A stretch of DNA of 61,193 nucleotides from an uncultured Methanosarcinales archaeon (GTDB taxonomy: Archaea; Nanobdellota; Nanobdellia; Woesearchaeales; CAIVOO01), in NCBI GenBank assembly GCA_964485195.1, contig CAZAIK010000003.1:64800-125992 (forward strand), given 5' to 3'. Each line of letters begins with the position of its first letter. The stretch's first letter is position 1. Both the position numbers and the translations under genes were made by a program. Shown piece by piece: positions 38,115-47,706 of this stretch. Below the pieces are notes generated by a model. That model was not told the origin of the DNA. It made no database searches and saw nothing but the letters and a program-made list of their open reading frames with translations.

Positions 38115-40979
38115 ATGGCAGAAGATTTTAATGACTCACAAAAAGCAGAGGACTTCTTGGTAAAGGAAAAAAGGAAGGATGAGGAGCTGGCAGATTCTGA
38201 GAAGGATATCAAAAAGGAGCTAAAGGAAAAAATAAAGGAAGAAAAGGAAGCGATAGAGAATATTGAAAAGGAAAAGAGAAAACTGAACAAGGTTGAAAAA
38301 GAAATAAAAAAAGAAGTTAAGAAGGATGAGGAACTTGCCCTTGATTTTGGCAAAATCAAAAATTTCTTCAGGCCGGGAAAAAAGAGAACAAAATCATCAC
38401 CTGAAGGACCAGTTGATTTAAGCGCTGTGGGGAAGTTCTTGTGGGAGTACAGAATAGTCATATTAATATTAATAGCTGTCATATTTGCAGTCGGAATCAG
38501 GATGCAGACAGCCCAGCTTCCTTTTACAGACAAATGGGCTGATTCCACTGTTGACAATTACTTCAGGAACCAGATAGCATCGCAGGTAAGCCAGCAGTAT
38601 CCAAACCTGCCTGACAGGAACAAGCAGGCAATAATACAGCAGCAGTTTGAAAATTACAAGGAAGCAAACCAAAAGGCCTTGGAACAGCAGAAAAGGGAAT
38701 TGTCAAAACAGTTCAAGGAATTCTTCAAATTTGACAGCACAGGCCATAATTACATGCCAGATATAGACCCTTATGTTTTCTTGAGATACGCAGAGAACTA
38801 CATTGACCATGGTTATATTGGCGATGAAAAAACAACAGTTAATGGAACAGAAGTGCAGTGGAATACTCATCAAATGGGCCCTTTGAAAAAGCGCATAGGG
38901 ACTAAAACACTCCATCCATACCTTCTTGCCTACCTGTATTATACAATCAAAATATTTGATCCTGACACTACTCCTATGAATTCCGCGGCATTTTTTCCTG
39001 TGTTGTTCGCAGCGCTGTCAGTAATACCTGCATTTTTCATAGGAAGAAAAATAGCAGGGAACATAGGAGGCTTCTTTTCCTCTCTGATAATCGCAATACA
39101 CCCCGCATTTATGGGGAGAAGCTTGTGGGGACACGCTGACACAGATGCGTATAACATATTCTTCCCTCTTTTCATAGCCTGGATTTTCCTTACAGCCATA
39201 GACGAAAAAAACAGGACAAGGCAAATGGCATATGCCGCCATTGCAGGAGTGATAACAGGAATCTATAGCCTTGCCTGGAACGGATGGTGGTATGTTTTTG
39301 ATTTTATCATAGGAATGCTGGTGATTTATCTCATATACCTCTTCATAAAGGAAAAAGGATTCAAGGAGCGTACAAGACAGGTTGCGATAACAGCAGGAGT
39401 TTTCCTCCTGTTTTCAGGAATCTTTGTCTCCCTATTAAGTGCAGGGGGCCTTTCATCATTTGTAAATGCCCCGCTCCAGCCCCTTGGCTTTTCAAAGATA
39501 AAGATAGCCGCCCACGAAACACTGTGGCCTAATGTTTACACAACTGTTGCGGAATTAAATCCTGCCTCGCTTGACCAGATAATGAACTCCCTGGGAGGGG
39601 GCCTGCTGTTCTTCATATCCCTGGTTGGAATTGCCCTTATGTTCCTGAAAAGGCAGGGCAAAATACAGGTTCACACAGCACTGCTCATAATCTTCTGGTA
39701 TATTGGAATATTCTATGCGAGCACAAAAGGCGTGAGGTTCACCATGATGCTTGTTCCTCCTTTTGCCCTGGCGTTCGGGACGGCAATTGGCAGGATATAC
39801 GATAAAGTCACATCTTATTCAAAAAAAGAGCTTAACATGAGCAGGAAAGTTACAGGAATTGTTATAATAATCATCTTCCTGTTGCTGCTGATAAAACCCT
39901 ACAATACTTCCGTGAATACAGCAAAAAGCGACGTTCCGATAATAAACGATGCCTGGTATTACTCGCTTAACAAAATAAAATTGGAGGCAGCACCTGATGC
40001 AATTGTCAATTCCTGGTGGGATTTCGGCCATCACTTCAAGTATTACGCTGACAGGACGGTTACATTTGACGGAGGATCGCAGAACACTCCAATGGCGCAC
40101 TGGATTGGAAGAACACTGCTTACAGAAGATGAAAAACTTGCAGTGGGAATCTTAAGAATGCTCGACTGCGGGGAAAACACGGCATTTGAGAAATTGAATG
40201 AAGAGATTGATGACGTATCCAAGTCTGTTTACATTCTTTATGATGCTGTAAAGCTAAGCAGGGAGGAGGCCAAAGATTACCTGGCTGGGGAAGGGCTTTC
40301 TGATGCAGAGGCAGAAACAATACTTGAATACACCCATTGCCAGCCCCCTGAGAATTATTTCATAACTTCTGAAGACATGGTTGGAAAATCAGGAGTGTGG
40401 GCGCATTTCGGAAGCTGGGACTTTGACAGGGCAGACGTCTGGGTGTTTGCAAGAAAGATGCCGCAGGAGCAGGCAGTGGATTTCATAATGGAGGGCTCAA
40501 ACATTTCAAGGGAGGAGGCAGAAAGGCTTTATTTTGAGGCCCAGGGCATTGCGAATGAAGGGCAGGCAAACCAGTGGATTGCTCCCTGGCCCAGCTACGC
40601 AGGAACATCAAGCTGCGTGAACATAGAGAATGAGACAATAAAATGCAACAACGGCGTGGAGATAAACATTACATCAAAAGATGTGAGGATTCCCACACAG
40701 CAAGGCATTGCCCAGCCTCACAGCTTTGTGTACAGGACTGCAGAAGGAGTAGCAGAAAAGGAATTTGACTCCTCTGTGGAGCTAAGCGTGGCGTTGATAG
40801 GAGACGCAGAGAACCCCCGAATAGTTTTGATGCAGCCGCCCCTTGCAAGAAGCATGTTCACAAGGCTCTTCTATTACGAAGGATACGGCCTGGAGCATTT
40901 TGACTTGTTCAGCCACCAGACCGGATTGACAGGAACCAATGTTTATGTCTGGAAGGTGGATTGGGAAGGAAATGAATAA
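38115..40979 (+). CDS. aglB: Oligosaccharyltransferase AglB (STT3)
   Basis: DIDPY, RSLWGHADTD, TVAEL, WWDFG, DG, multiple TMs. Confidence 0.95.
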   Translation: MAEDFNDSQKAEDFLVKEKRKDEELADSEKDIKKELKEKIKEEKEAIENIEKEKRKLNKVEKEIKKEVKKDEELALDFGKIKNFFRPGKKRTKSSPEGPVDLSAVGKFLWEYRIVILILIAVIFAVGIRMQTAQLPFTDKWADSTVDNYFRNQIASQVSQQYPNLPDRNKQAIIQQQFENYKEANQKALEQQKRELSKQFKEFFKFDSTGHNYMPDIDPYVFLRYAENYIDHGYIGDEKTTVNGTEVQWNTHQMGPLKKRIGTKTLHPYLLAYLYYTIKIFDPDTTPMNSAAFFPVLFAALSVIPAFFIGRKIAGNIGGFFSSLIIAIHPAFMGRSLWGHADTDAYNIFFPLFIAWIFLTAIDEKNRTRQMAYAAIAGVITGIYSLAWNGWWYVFDFIIGMLVIYLIYLFIKEKGFKERTRQVAITAGVFLLFSGIFVSLLSAGGLSSFVNAPLQPLGFSKIKIAAHETLWPNVYTTVAELNPASLDQIMNSLGGGLLFFISLVGIALMFLKRQGKIQVHTALLIIFWYIGIFYASTKGVRFTMMLVPPFALAFGTAIGRIYDKVTSYSKKELNMSRKVTGIVIIIIFLLLLIKPYNTSVNTAKSDVPIINDAWYYSLNKIKLEAAPDAIVNSWWDFGHHFKYYADRTVTFDGGSQNTPMAHWIGRTLLTEDEKLAVGILRMLDCGENTAFEKLNEEIDDVSKSVYILYDAVKLSREEAKDYLAGEGLSDAEAETILEYTHCQPPENYFITSEDMVGKSGVWAHFGSWDFDRADVWVFARKMPQEQAVDFIMEGSNISREEAERLYFEAQGIANEGQANQWIAPWPSYAGTSSCVNIENETIKCNNGVEINITSKDVRIPTQQGIAQPHSFVYRTAEGVAEKEFDSSVELSVALIGDAENPRIVLMQPPLARSMFTRLFYYEGYGLEHFDLFSHQTGLTGTNVYVWKVDWEGNE

Positions 40980-42634
40980 TGCGTGGAAGGCATGAGAGCA
41001 AAGGAATCAAAGAAATTTTCGATAAAAACTATGCAATAATCTTTCTAGTTGTTTTTGTCCTTTTTGGCGCATACCTGCGAATTTACCATATTGATTACCC
41101 TTCAATAGGATATCACAATATGAAGGAAAATGAGTACATTGACCAGGTAAAGGCCTTCTCGCAGGATGATTTTCCTCTGCTGCACAGGTTCAGGTCGGTG
41201 TCTGCCGGCCTGAAAGGCCCGGGCTATTTTGAGGAATACACTCAGATGCCATTGCTGAGCTGGACCGGAGCATTTTTCTGGAGCATATTTGGTGAAAGCC
41301 TTGCTGTCCTGCGCGTGATTATCATCCTGTTCTCGCTAAGTGCCATAATTGCAGTTTATTTGCTGGTCAAGGAAATATCAAAAAATGAATACCTTGCACT
41401 GTTAAGCGCGTTCATACTTTCAATCCTGCCCTTAACGATCTTTTTCGGCAGGAACATCCAGCCGGACATGCCGGCCTTTGCCTGCTCGCTCTTCTTCTCT
41501 TACTTTATGTTTAAGTCAATGAGAACCTTTGAAAACAGGCATTTCTTAGTGGCAGGAATCTTCCTGGGCCTGGCAGGGCTTTTCAAGACATCCTTCCTGA
41601 TTGCTATCTTCCCTTTTATCTTCCTTTTCCCGTACAAAAGGTTTTTTATCAAAAAAGATATCCCAACCAATATAAATAAAGCAGGACTGTTTTTAATCGG
41701 GCCTGCAATCCTTGTTTTCTGGAACATTTTTGAGCAGTTCTTTTTATTCACTCAGAGCGATCAGGGCTATAACACCTTTTTTGCCAGACTCGGACTGTTT
41801 GACATCTTTACTTCTGGCTACTGGGTTAATTCACTGCCAGCCATTCAGGGATATGTGAAGGACAATTTCACCTGGATACTGGTCTATATGTTTGTATTCG
41901 GAATGGTCTTCTTTTTGTTCAAGCGCAAGCTCCTTATCTCAAAATATATGCTGCTGCTATTAATAAGCGTAATACCCTATTCAATGCTCTTAACCACATT
42001 CATTAATGCTCATAGTTATTACCAGCTGCCTTTTGCCCATATGATTGCGATAGGCATTGCCTACTTCCTGTTTAACATAGGGATTTTCCTCAAGAATGCA
42101 ATAAGGATAAAATATGCATTATATGCGCCGCTGATACTTTTACTGCTCGCGATACCTTCTCTCAAGGCGAGCACAGCTGTTCAGTTTGACACGGTATTTT
42201 TCGGGCTTGACATTGCAGGTGACTATCTTGACCAGGCTATGGGTAAAGATGAGAGGTTTCTCCTCGTCGGTCACGCTCAAAGCGTTGCGGTATGCACCTA
42301 TTCAAACAGGAGATGCAAACTTACCGGAAACCCCACTGTAGAGCAGCTTAAATCCCTTGAAGAGAACAGGAACGTCTCCTGGGTCTTTGTTTACGACCAA
42401 TATGGAATATACTTAATGCAACAAAACCAGGAATTTTTTGATTACGTCAGCCAAAACTACAAGCTTGCTCAGGCAGGATTCATCGGAAACAGAGAGAAGC
42501 TTCAGATAAGATACCTGACACTTAAAAAAGGAGGAACTCTTGACCTTAATCTCTCTTCTGAAGGGATAATCCCTGTCAAGCAATATGAACTTACAGGATT
42601 CAGCGTGCCTTTTTATGTCAAGACCCTTGAATAA
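40979..42634 (+). CDS. GT-C glycosyltransferase (GT39/ArnT-like)
   Basis: Polytopic; YLRIYHIDYP, P.LSW, FFGRNIQPD, GLAGLFK. Confidence 0.85.
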   Translation: MRGRHESKGIKEIFDKNYAIIFLVVFVLFGAYLRIYHIDYPSIGYHNMKENEYIDQVKAFSQDDFPLLHRFRSVSAGLKGPGYFEEYTQMPLLSWTGAFFWSIFGESLAVLRVIIILFSLSAIIAVYLLVKEISKNEYLALLSAFILSILPLTIFFGRNIQPDMPAFACSLFFSYFMFKSMRTFENRHFLVAGIFLGLAGLFKTSFLIAIFPFIFLFPYKRFFIKKDIPTNINKAGLFLIGPAILVFWNIFEQFFLFTQSDQGYNTFFARLGLFDIFTSGYWVNSLPAIQGYVKDNFTWILVYMFVFGMVFFLFKRKLLISKYMLLLLISVIPYSMLLTTFINAHSYYQLPFAHMIAIGIAYFLFNIGIFLKNAIRIKYALYAPLILLLLAIPSLKASTAVQFDTVFFGLDIAGDYLDQAMGKDERFLLVGHAQSVAVCTYSNRRCKLTGNPTVEQLKSLEENRNVSWVFVYDQYGIYLMQQNQEFFDYVSQNYKLAQAGFIGNREKLQIRYLTLKKGGTLDLNLSSEGIIPVKQYELTGFSVPFYVKTLE

Positions 42635-42641
42635 ATGGAAA

Positions 42642-43367
42642 ATGAAAAATAAATTAAGTTTTGTAATACCTGCATATAATGAAGCGGACAATCTTGAAAA
42701 AGCTGTTAAACAGCTAGATTCAGAGCTTAAAAAAATAAAAATGCCGTATGAAATTCTGGTCGCTGAGCAGGCAAGCACAGACGGCACAGATGTTTTGGCT
42801 AAAAAAATGGAAAAAAGGTTCAGGAACCTGAAGCATATACATTTTGATGAAAAAGGGAAGGGAAATGCCCTTACTGAAACCTTCGCTAATCACGCTAAGG
42901 GAAACATTCTGGCATTCATGGATGCAGACCTCGCCACAGACATCTCTTATGTTGGACATCTAATAGCAAATGTGCAAAAAGGGGCGGATGTTTCTATAGG
43001 CTCAAGAAACCATAAGGACGCAATTGTTGACAAATCCACTAAAAGAAAGATAATCAGTGCAGGGTATATGGCACTCGTAAAGCTTCTTTTCAGAACCAAA
43101 ATCTCTGACTTGCAGTGCGGATTCAAGGCATTTAAAAAGAAAGCATTTAATGAAATTGCCCCCCACATCAGGAACAGGCATCTTTCCTGGGACAGTGAAG
43201 TTCTGCTCCTCTCTCACAAGAAAGGCCATAAAATAGTTGAGTTTCCTGTAAAATGGTCTGAATGGACAAGGAAAGGCGGGAGCAGCATAAAAATAGCAAA
43301 GGATTCCCTCAGAATGGGCGCGTATCTCTTTAGGCTGTGGTGGAGGCTTTTAAAAACAAAGGTTTAA
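42642..43367 (+). CDS. GT2 dolichyl-phosphate glycosyltransferase (AglD/Alg5-like)
   Basis: VIPAYNE, STDGT, GKGNAL, FMDADL, SDLQCGFKAF. Confidence 0.9.
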   Translation: MKNKLSFVIPAYNEADNLEKAVKQLDSELKKIKMPYEILVAEQASTDGTDVLAKKMEKRFRNLKHIHFDEKGKGNALTETFANHAKGNILAFMDADLATDISYVGHLIANVQKGADVSIGSRNHKDAIVDKSTKRKIISAGYMALVKLLFRTKISDLQCGFKAFKKKAFNEIAPHIRNRHLSWDSEVLLLSHKKGHKIVEFPVKWSEWTRKGGSSIKIAKDSLRMGAYLFRLWWRLLKTKV

Positions 43368-43392
43368 ATAAATTATTTGCAGATGTGGTCGT

Positions 43393-43752
43393 ATGAGAGG
43401 GGGCGAGGAAACGAAATATATTTTAATTGCAGCTGGTTGCGCAGTTTTCGGGGCCCTGGGGCAGTTATTCTTCAAGCTGGGGGCTGAAACGGTCTCTTTG
43501 GACATTTTTTCCTGGATCTTTAACTTCTGGGTCATAACAGGGCTGATATTTTACGGAATAGCCACAATTGTCTTCATAATGACCCTGAAAAAGGCAGAAT
43601 TATCGCTATTATATCCTGTGATAGCGACAAGTTACATCTGGGTGGGGCTGTTCTCTGTTTTCATAATAGGCGAGACTGTCAGCCTGGTGAACTGGCTTGG
43701 TTTTGCACTGATAATAGGAGGTGTCACCCTGACTTCAATCAAAAAATGGTAA
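43393..43752 (+). CDS. EamA/SMR-like small transporter (ArnE/F-like)
   Basis: GQLFFKLG, ELSLLYP, IGETVS..NWLG. Confidence 0.85.
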   Translation: MRGGEETKYILIAAGCAVFGALGQLFFKLGAETVSLDIFSWIFNFWVITGLIFYGIATIVFIMTLKKAELSLLYPVIATSYIWVGLFSVFIIGETVSLVNWLGFALIIGGVTLTSIKKW

Positions 43753-44090
43753 GCGCTATGACTGTGGTGTTGGTAATTATTAGCTCCATTCTGGGAGCTT
43801 CCGGAATGTTCTTTTTCAAGCTTGGCTCGAGCAGGGTCTCCTTCAAAATCAGGGACTGGGCTAAGAACTGGAGAATAATCCTGGGAGTGTTCCTCTATTT
43901 CCTGGCATTTGTCTTTCTCGTCCTTGCGCTGAAAGTAGGGGCCCTTTCAGTTGTGTATCCTATGTTTGCACTTAGCTATTTCTGGGTGCTTATTCTTTCA
44001 CAAACTTTATTAAAGGAAAAAGTGCGTTTAATCAATTGGGCGGGGGTGTTTTTGATAGTAGGAGGTATTGCTCTAACAACGGTAAAATGA
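43746..44090 (+). CDS. EamA/SMR-like small transporter (ArnE/F-like), second subunit
   Basis: FFKLG, LSVVYP, LKEKV..NWAG; paralog of upstream gene. Confidence 0.85.
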   Translation: MVSAMTVVLVIISSILGASGMFFFKLGSSRVSFKIRDWAKNWRIILGVFLYFLAFVFLVLALKVGALSVVYPMFALSYFWVLILSQTLLKEKVRLINWAGVFLIVGGIALTTVK

Positions 44091-44761
44091 AAATTTTCAT
44101 AGTTATAGCGGCGTATAATGAAGGGAGAAGCATATTGAGCGTAATAAAATCGCTGAAAAAGAACGGCTACAACAATATTGTGGTAGTTGATGACGGTTCA
44201 AAAGACAACACTTACGGCGTATGCAAAAAACAGAATGTTTACGCGCTAAGGCACGTTATCAACAGGGGTCAGGGTGCGGCGTTAAAAACAGGCGTTGATT
44301 TCGCGCTTTTGCAGGGCGCTGACATAATAGTTACTTTTGACGCGGACGGCCAGCACAAGGCAGGGGAAATTAAAAGGATGACACAGCCGATAAAAAAAGG
44401 TGAGGTGGATGTGGTGCTGGGCTCAAGGTTCCTTGACCAGAAATCAAAAGTGCCCTTTTTCAAAGAATTAACCCTGAAGGCAGGGATCCTGTTCACAAGA
44501 ATATTTTCAGGGGTCAAGCTAACTGACACGCATAATGGTTTCAGGGCCCTTTCAAGAGAGGCCGCAATGAAAATAGACATAAAGCAGGACAGGATGGCCC
44601 ACGCATCTGAAATAATAGATGAAATTGCAAGAAAAAGGATAAAGTTTAAAGAAGTGCCTGTTACAATAGTATATACAGAGTATGCAAAAGCAAAGGGTCA
44701 AAGCATATTCAACAGCATAAAGATAGCGTTCAAGTTTTTGTTCCATAAAATTACGAGGTGA
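44087..44761 (+). CDS. GT2 polyprenol-phosphate glycosyltransferase (DPM1-like)
   Basis: IAAYNE, VVDDGSKD, NRGQGAAL, TFDADGQH, TDTHNGFRA. Confidence 0.92.
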   Translation: MKIFIVIAAYNEGRSILSVIKSLKKNGYNNIVVVDDGSKDNTYGVCKKQNVYALRHVINRGQGAALKTGVDFALLQGADIIVTFDADGQHKAGEIKRMTQPIKKGEVDVVLGSRFLDQKSKVPFFKELTLKAGILFTRIFSGVKLTDTHNGFRALSREAAMKIDIKQDRMAHASEIIDEIARKRIKFKEVPVTIVYTEYAKAKGQSIFNSIKIAFKFLFHKITR

Positions 44762-44765
44762 AAAA

Positions 44766-45098
44766 ATGGTTTCATTAATACAGGTTGTTGTAGTTGCATT
44801 CGCAGTATTCGCAATCAGCAGGGTAATCTTTAGGTTTAAGGACAGAAAAATGTCTGCGCCGGCTTTTACCTTGTGGATGCTTATCTGGATTGCTGCGATA
44901 GTTGTGATACTCCTGCCCGGAACAAGCTTCTTTTTTGCAGATATCCTTGGAATCCAGAGAGGGGCGGATTTCGTTGTATACATAAGCATAATAGCGCTGT
45001 TTTACCTGGTGTTCAGGCTGTACGTGAAGATTGACAGTGTTGAGAAGAATGTCACCAAGATTGTGAGGGAGGCTGCGATAAGGAAAGGCAAAAAATAA
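44766..45098 (+). CDS. DUF2304 family membrane protein
   Basis: Three TMs, ADILGIQRGAD, TKIVRE; usual neighbour of DPM1-like GT2. Confidence 0.88.
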   Translation: MVSLIQVVVVAFAVFAISRVIFRFKDRKMSAPAFTLWMLIWIAAIVVILLPGTSFFFADILGIQRGADFVVYISIIALFYLVFRLYVKIDSVEKNVTKIVREAAIRKGKK

Positions 45099-45153
45099 AA
45101 ACAATCGTTTTTAAATAAAAACATTATATTTATAAAGTTTGAAAATAAAAACA
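45093..45153 (+). repeat. Three AAATAAAAACA direct repeats around the TATA of the MNT gene
   Basis: Copies at 45093, 45113 and 45143; TTTATAAA at 45129-45136. Confidence 0.5.
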
Positions 45154-45157
45154 TTTT

Positions 45158-45703
45158 ATGAAAGAAATAATTATCATTAAAGTTGTTGAATTTTTCCTGG
45201 AAAACCCATTTAGGGAAGTCTATCTCAGGCAGCTGGCCAAAGAGCTGAAACTGAGCCCGTACGCAACCAAAAAATATGTTGACTTGCTGGCAAGGGAGAA
45301 TCTTATCATTAGCCAGAAAAAAGCTAATTTGAGATATTTGAGAGCAAATAATTCCAGTCTTTTTTTTAAGCACCTCAAGATAGCGCTCAACATTAAAAAG
45401 CTGCTGGACAGCAGGTTAATAGGTTTTTTGAAGGATAAAATAAGCAATCTTTCCTCAATAGTTCTTTTTGGTTCATTGGCAAAAGGGGATGATACAGAGG
45501 AAAGTGATATAGACATAGTAATAATAGGTGCTTCAAAACGCCTGAATCTGGTCCAATTTGAAGAGACGCTAGGAAAAGAGATAAATACGCATGTTTTTAG
45601 CTGGAGCGAATGGAAAAGGAAAATGAAAGAGGACAGCCCTTTTTATTATGAAGTTACTATTTATGGCATACCTCTGTATGGGGAACTTCCAATAATCAAA
45701 TGA
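45158..45703 (+). CDS. HTH-fused minimal nucleotidyltransferase (MNT antitoxin-like)
   Basis: N-terminal wHTH YLRQLAKELKLS; LFGSLAKG...SDIDIVII. Confidence 0.9.
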   Translation: MKEIIIIKVVEFFLENPFREVYLRQLAKELKLSPYATKKYVDLLARENLIISQKKANLRYLRANNSSLFFKHLKIALNIKKLLDSRLIGFLKDKISNLSSIVLFGSLAKGDDTEESDIDIVIIGASKRLNLVQFEETLGKEINTHVFSWSEWKRKMKEDSPFYYEVTIYGIPLYGELPIIK

Positions 45704-46140
45704 TAATCAGAAACCTAGAGGAATGTTTTAGTTTAAGGCTGCTAAGAAATATCAAGCCAGATGTAGAGAAATCCAAGAAATCGATAAAATTGGCAAAAGA
45801 AAGATTAGCAAGGTCAGAAAAAGCGTTCAATTTTGAATTTTTTGATTTTGTCATTCTTGAAGCTTATTCTTCAATGTTTCATGCAACAAGAGCTTTGCTT
45901 TACAGGGATGGGGTACAAGAAAAAAACCACTTTGCAGTTTTTTTATACCTCAAGGAAAAATATTCTGGAAAAATACCATTCCATATAATCAACCTGCTGA
46001 ATATTCACCGCATAGAAAGGCACGAGGCCACTTACGGGCTGGATTATAAGCCAAGCAAGGAGAATGCACTCGTGGCAATAGAAGATGCAAAGATTTTCAT
46101 AAAACAAATAAGAGGAGTTTTGGAGAGAAAGTTAAAATGA
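45700..46140 (+). CDS. HEPN domain protein (partner of MNT)
   Basis: AYSSMFHATRALL...KNH...RIERHEATY; ATGA coupling to MNT. Confidence 0.88.
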   Translation: MIIRNLEECFSLRLLRNIKPDVEKSKKSIKLAKERLARSEKAFNFEFFDFVILEAYSSMFHATRALLYRDGVQEKNHFAVFLYLKEKYSGKIPFHIINLLNIHRIERHEATYGLDYKPSKENALVAIEDAKIFIKQIRGVLERKLK

Positions 46141-47243
46141 ATGTCAAGCTAGTGAGGATTTTTGACAAATTCGTTATTTCTGTTATTGTGATAATTGTAG
46201 GAATAATAACAAGCATACTGCCCAAAAAACCCAGGACAAACAAAATCCTCATAATAAAAATGTGGGCCCTGGGCGATTCGGTTGTCTCCCTGCCGATGAC
46301 AAAAGGCCTGAGGAAAAATCTTCCTGATTCAAGAATAGAAGTTCTCGCCCACAAGAGGAACAAGGCGGCTTTTATGAACAACAAGGACATAGATAGAATA
46401 ATAGAATTCAACCTTGCAAATGTCCTGAAACTGTTCAGGAAATACGACATCTGCATTGACACAGAGCCTTATCTTAATATTTCCGCAATCATAGCTTGGT
46501 GGGCAGCCCCTTTCAGGATAGGGTTCAGCCACGGAGTAAGAAGCTTGTTGTACAAAAATAAAATCCTTTTCAGCAAGAAGCAGCACATGGTGCAGAACTA
46601 TCTGGACATGATAAGAAGCATGGGAATAAGATACAACGCAGATAAGCTAGTAAAACTTGAAACAACAAAGAAAGAAAAAGCTGCAGCGGAAAGATTCCTC
46701 AAAAAGAACAGCATAAAAAAATCAGATTTTATCGTTGGAATAACTCCTGGCGTTGCCGAATCTGTAAAGACAAGAATGTGGCCTATTGACAGGATGGCAG
46801 AATTGGCAGACACTCTAATCAGGAAAAACAAAGCAAAAGTAATATTGATTGACGGGCCCGTCAATAGGGAAATTGTGAATTCAATTAAAAAACAGATGAA
46901 TGAAAGACCTATCTTGTGTGTGGGAGACCTTTCAATCAGGGAAGTTTTTAACCTGATAGAGAGATGTAATTTATTCATATGCAATGATACGGGCCCTATG
47001 CATATCGCGGCTGCACAGGGAGCCAGGACAATCGGACTCTTTGGCCCTAATACTCCTGTTTTATGGAGGCCATATGGAAAGGGAAACATCGCATTATACC
47101 ATCCTCCATGGTGCAGCCCGTGCATAGACAACGCAAAAGGCATAATGCCGGAATGCTTCAACAAGGTTTATCAGAAGTGCATGAAGAACATAACATTTAA
47201 AGAGGTTTTGGAAGCGGTAAATAAATTGAAAAATGCGAGATAA
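46137..47243 (+). CDS. GT9 ADP-heptose:heptosyltransferase-like protein
   Basis: ALGDSVVSLP, RIGF, WP, NDTGPMHIAAA, LFGP, CSPC. Confidence 0.92.
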   Translation: MNVKLVRIFDKFVISVIVIIVGIITSILPKKPRTNKILIIKMWALGDSVVSLPMTKGLRKNLPDSRIEVLAHKRNKAAFMNNKDIDRIIEFNLANVLKLFRKYDICIDTEPYLNISAIIAWWAAPFRIGFSHGVRSLLYKNKILFSKKQHMVQNYLDMIRSMGIRYNADKLVKLETTKKEKAAAERFLKKNSIKKSDFIVGITPGVAESVKTRMWPIDRMAELADTLIRKNKAKVILIDGPVNREIVNSIKKQMNERPILCVGDLSIREVFNLIERCNLFICNDTGPMHIAAAQGARTIGLFGPNTPVLWRPYGKGNIALYHPPWCSPCIDNAKGIMPECFNKVYQKCMKNITFKEVLEAVNKLKNAR

Positions 47244-47706
47244 GATTAAAACAAGAGAGGAGATAGAGCAACTTTCAAAGAAATTGAAAGGGCAAGGAAA
47301 AACAATAGTAACAACGAACGGCTGTTTTGACATAATTCACGCAGGGCACGCAGATTCTCTTCAAAAAGCAAAAGCGCAGGGGAACACATTAATCGTGGGG
47401 CTGAACAGCGATTCATCAGTAAAAAAGAACAAGGGAGATTCAAGGCCAATTATTGGCGAGAAAAACAGGGCGTTGATGCTTGCAGCCTTGGAAGTTGTGG
47501 ACTATGTTGTGCTGTTTGATGAAACAGAGCCAATCAGGTTATTGGAAGCAATAAAGCTGGACATCCACGTAAAGGGGGCTGACAGGAAAATGGAGGAAAT
47601 ACTGGAGAAAGGCGCTGTTGAAAAAAATGGAGGTAGAGTGCTGCTATTGCCTTTTGAAGCAGGAATCTCAACAACCCAAATAATTGAAAAAATAAAAAAT
47701 GAATAG
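47233..47706 (+). CDS. rfaE2: D-glycero-beta-D-manno-heptose 1-phosphate adenylyltransferase (RfaE domain II)
   Basis: TNGCFDIIHAGH, VGLNSDSSV..KG..RP, VKGAD, GISTT. Confidence 0.92.
   Translation: MRDKIKTREEIEQLSKKLKGQGKTIVTTNGCFDIIHAGHADSLQKAKAQGNTLIVGLNSDSSVKKNKGDSRPIIGEKNRALMLAALEVVDYVVLFDETEPIRLLEAIKLDIHVKGADRKMEEILEKGAVEKNGGRVLLLPFEAGISTTQIIEKIKNE

Noticed and set aside
41510..41520. TTAAGTCAA match to the MITE TIR
   Set aside because: Inside an intact GT-C coding sequence, with no partner TIR, core or TSD.
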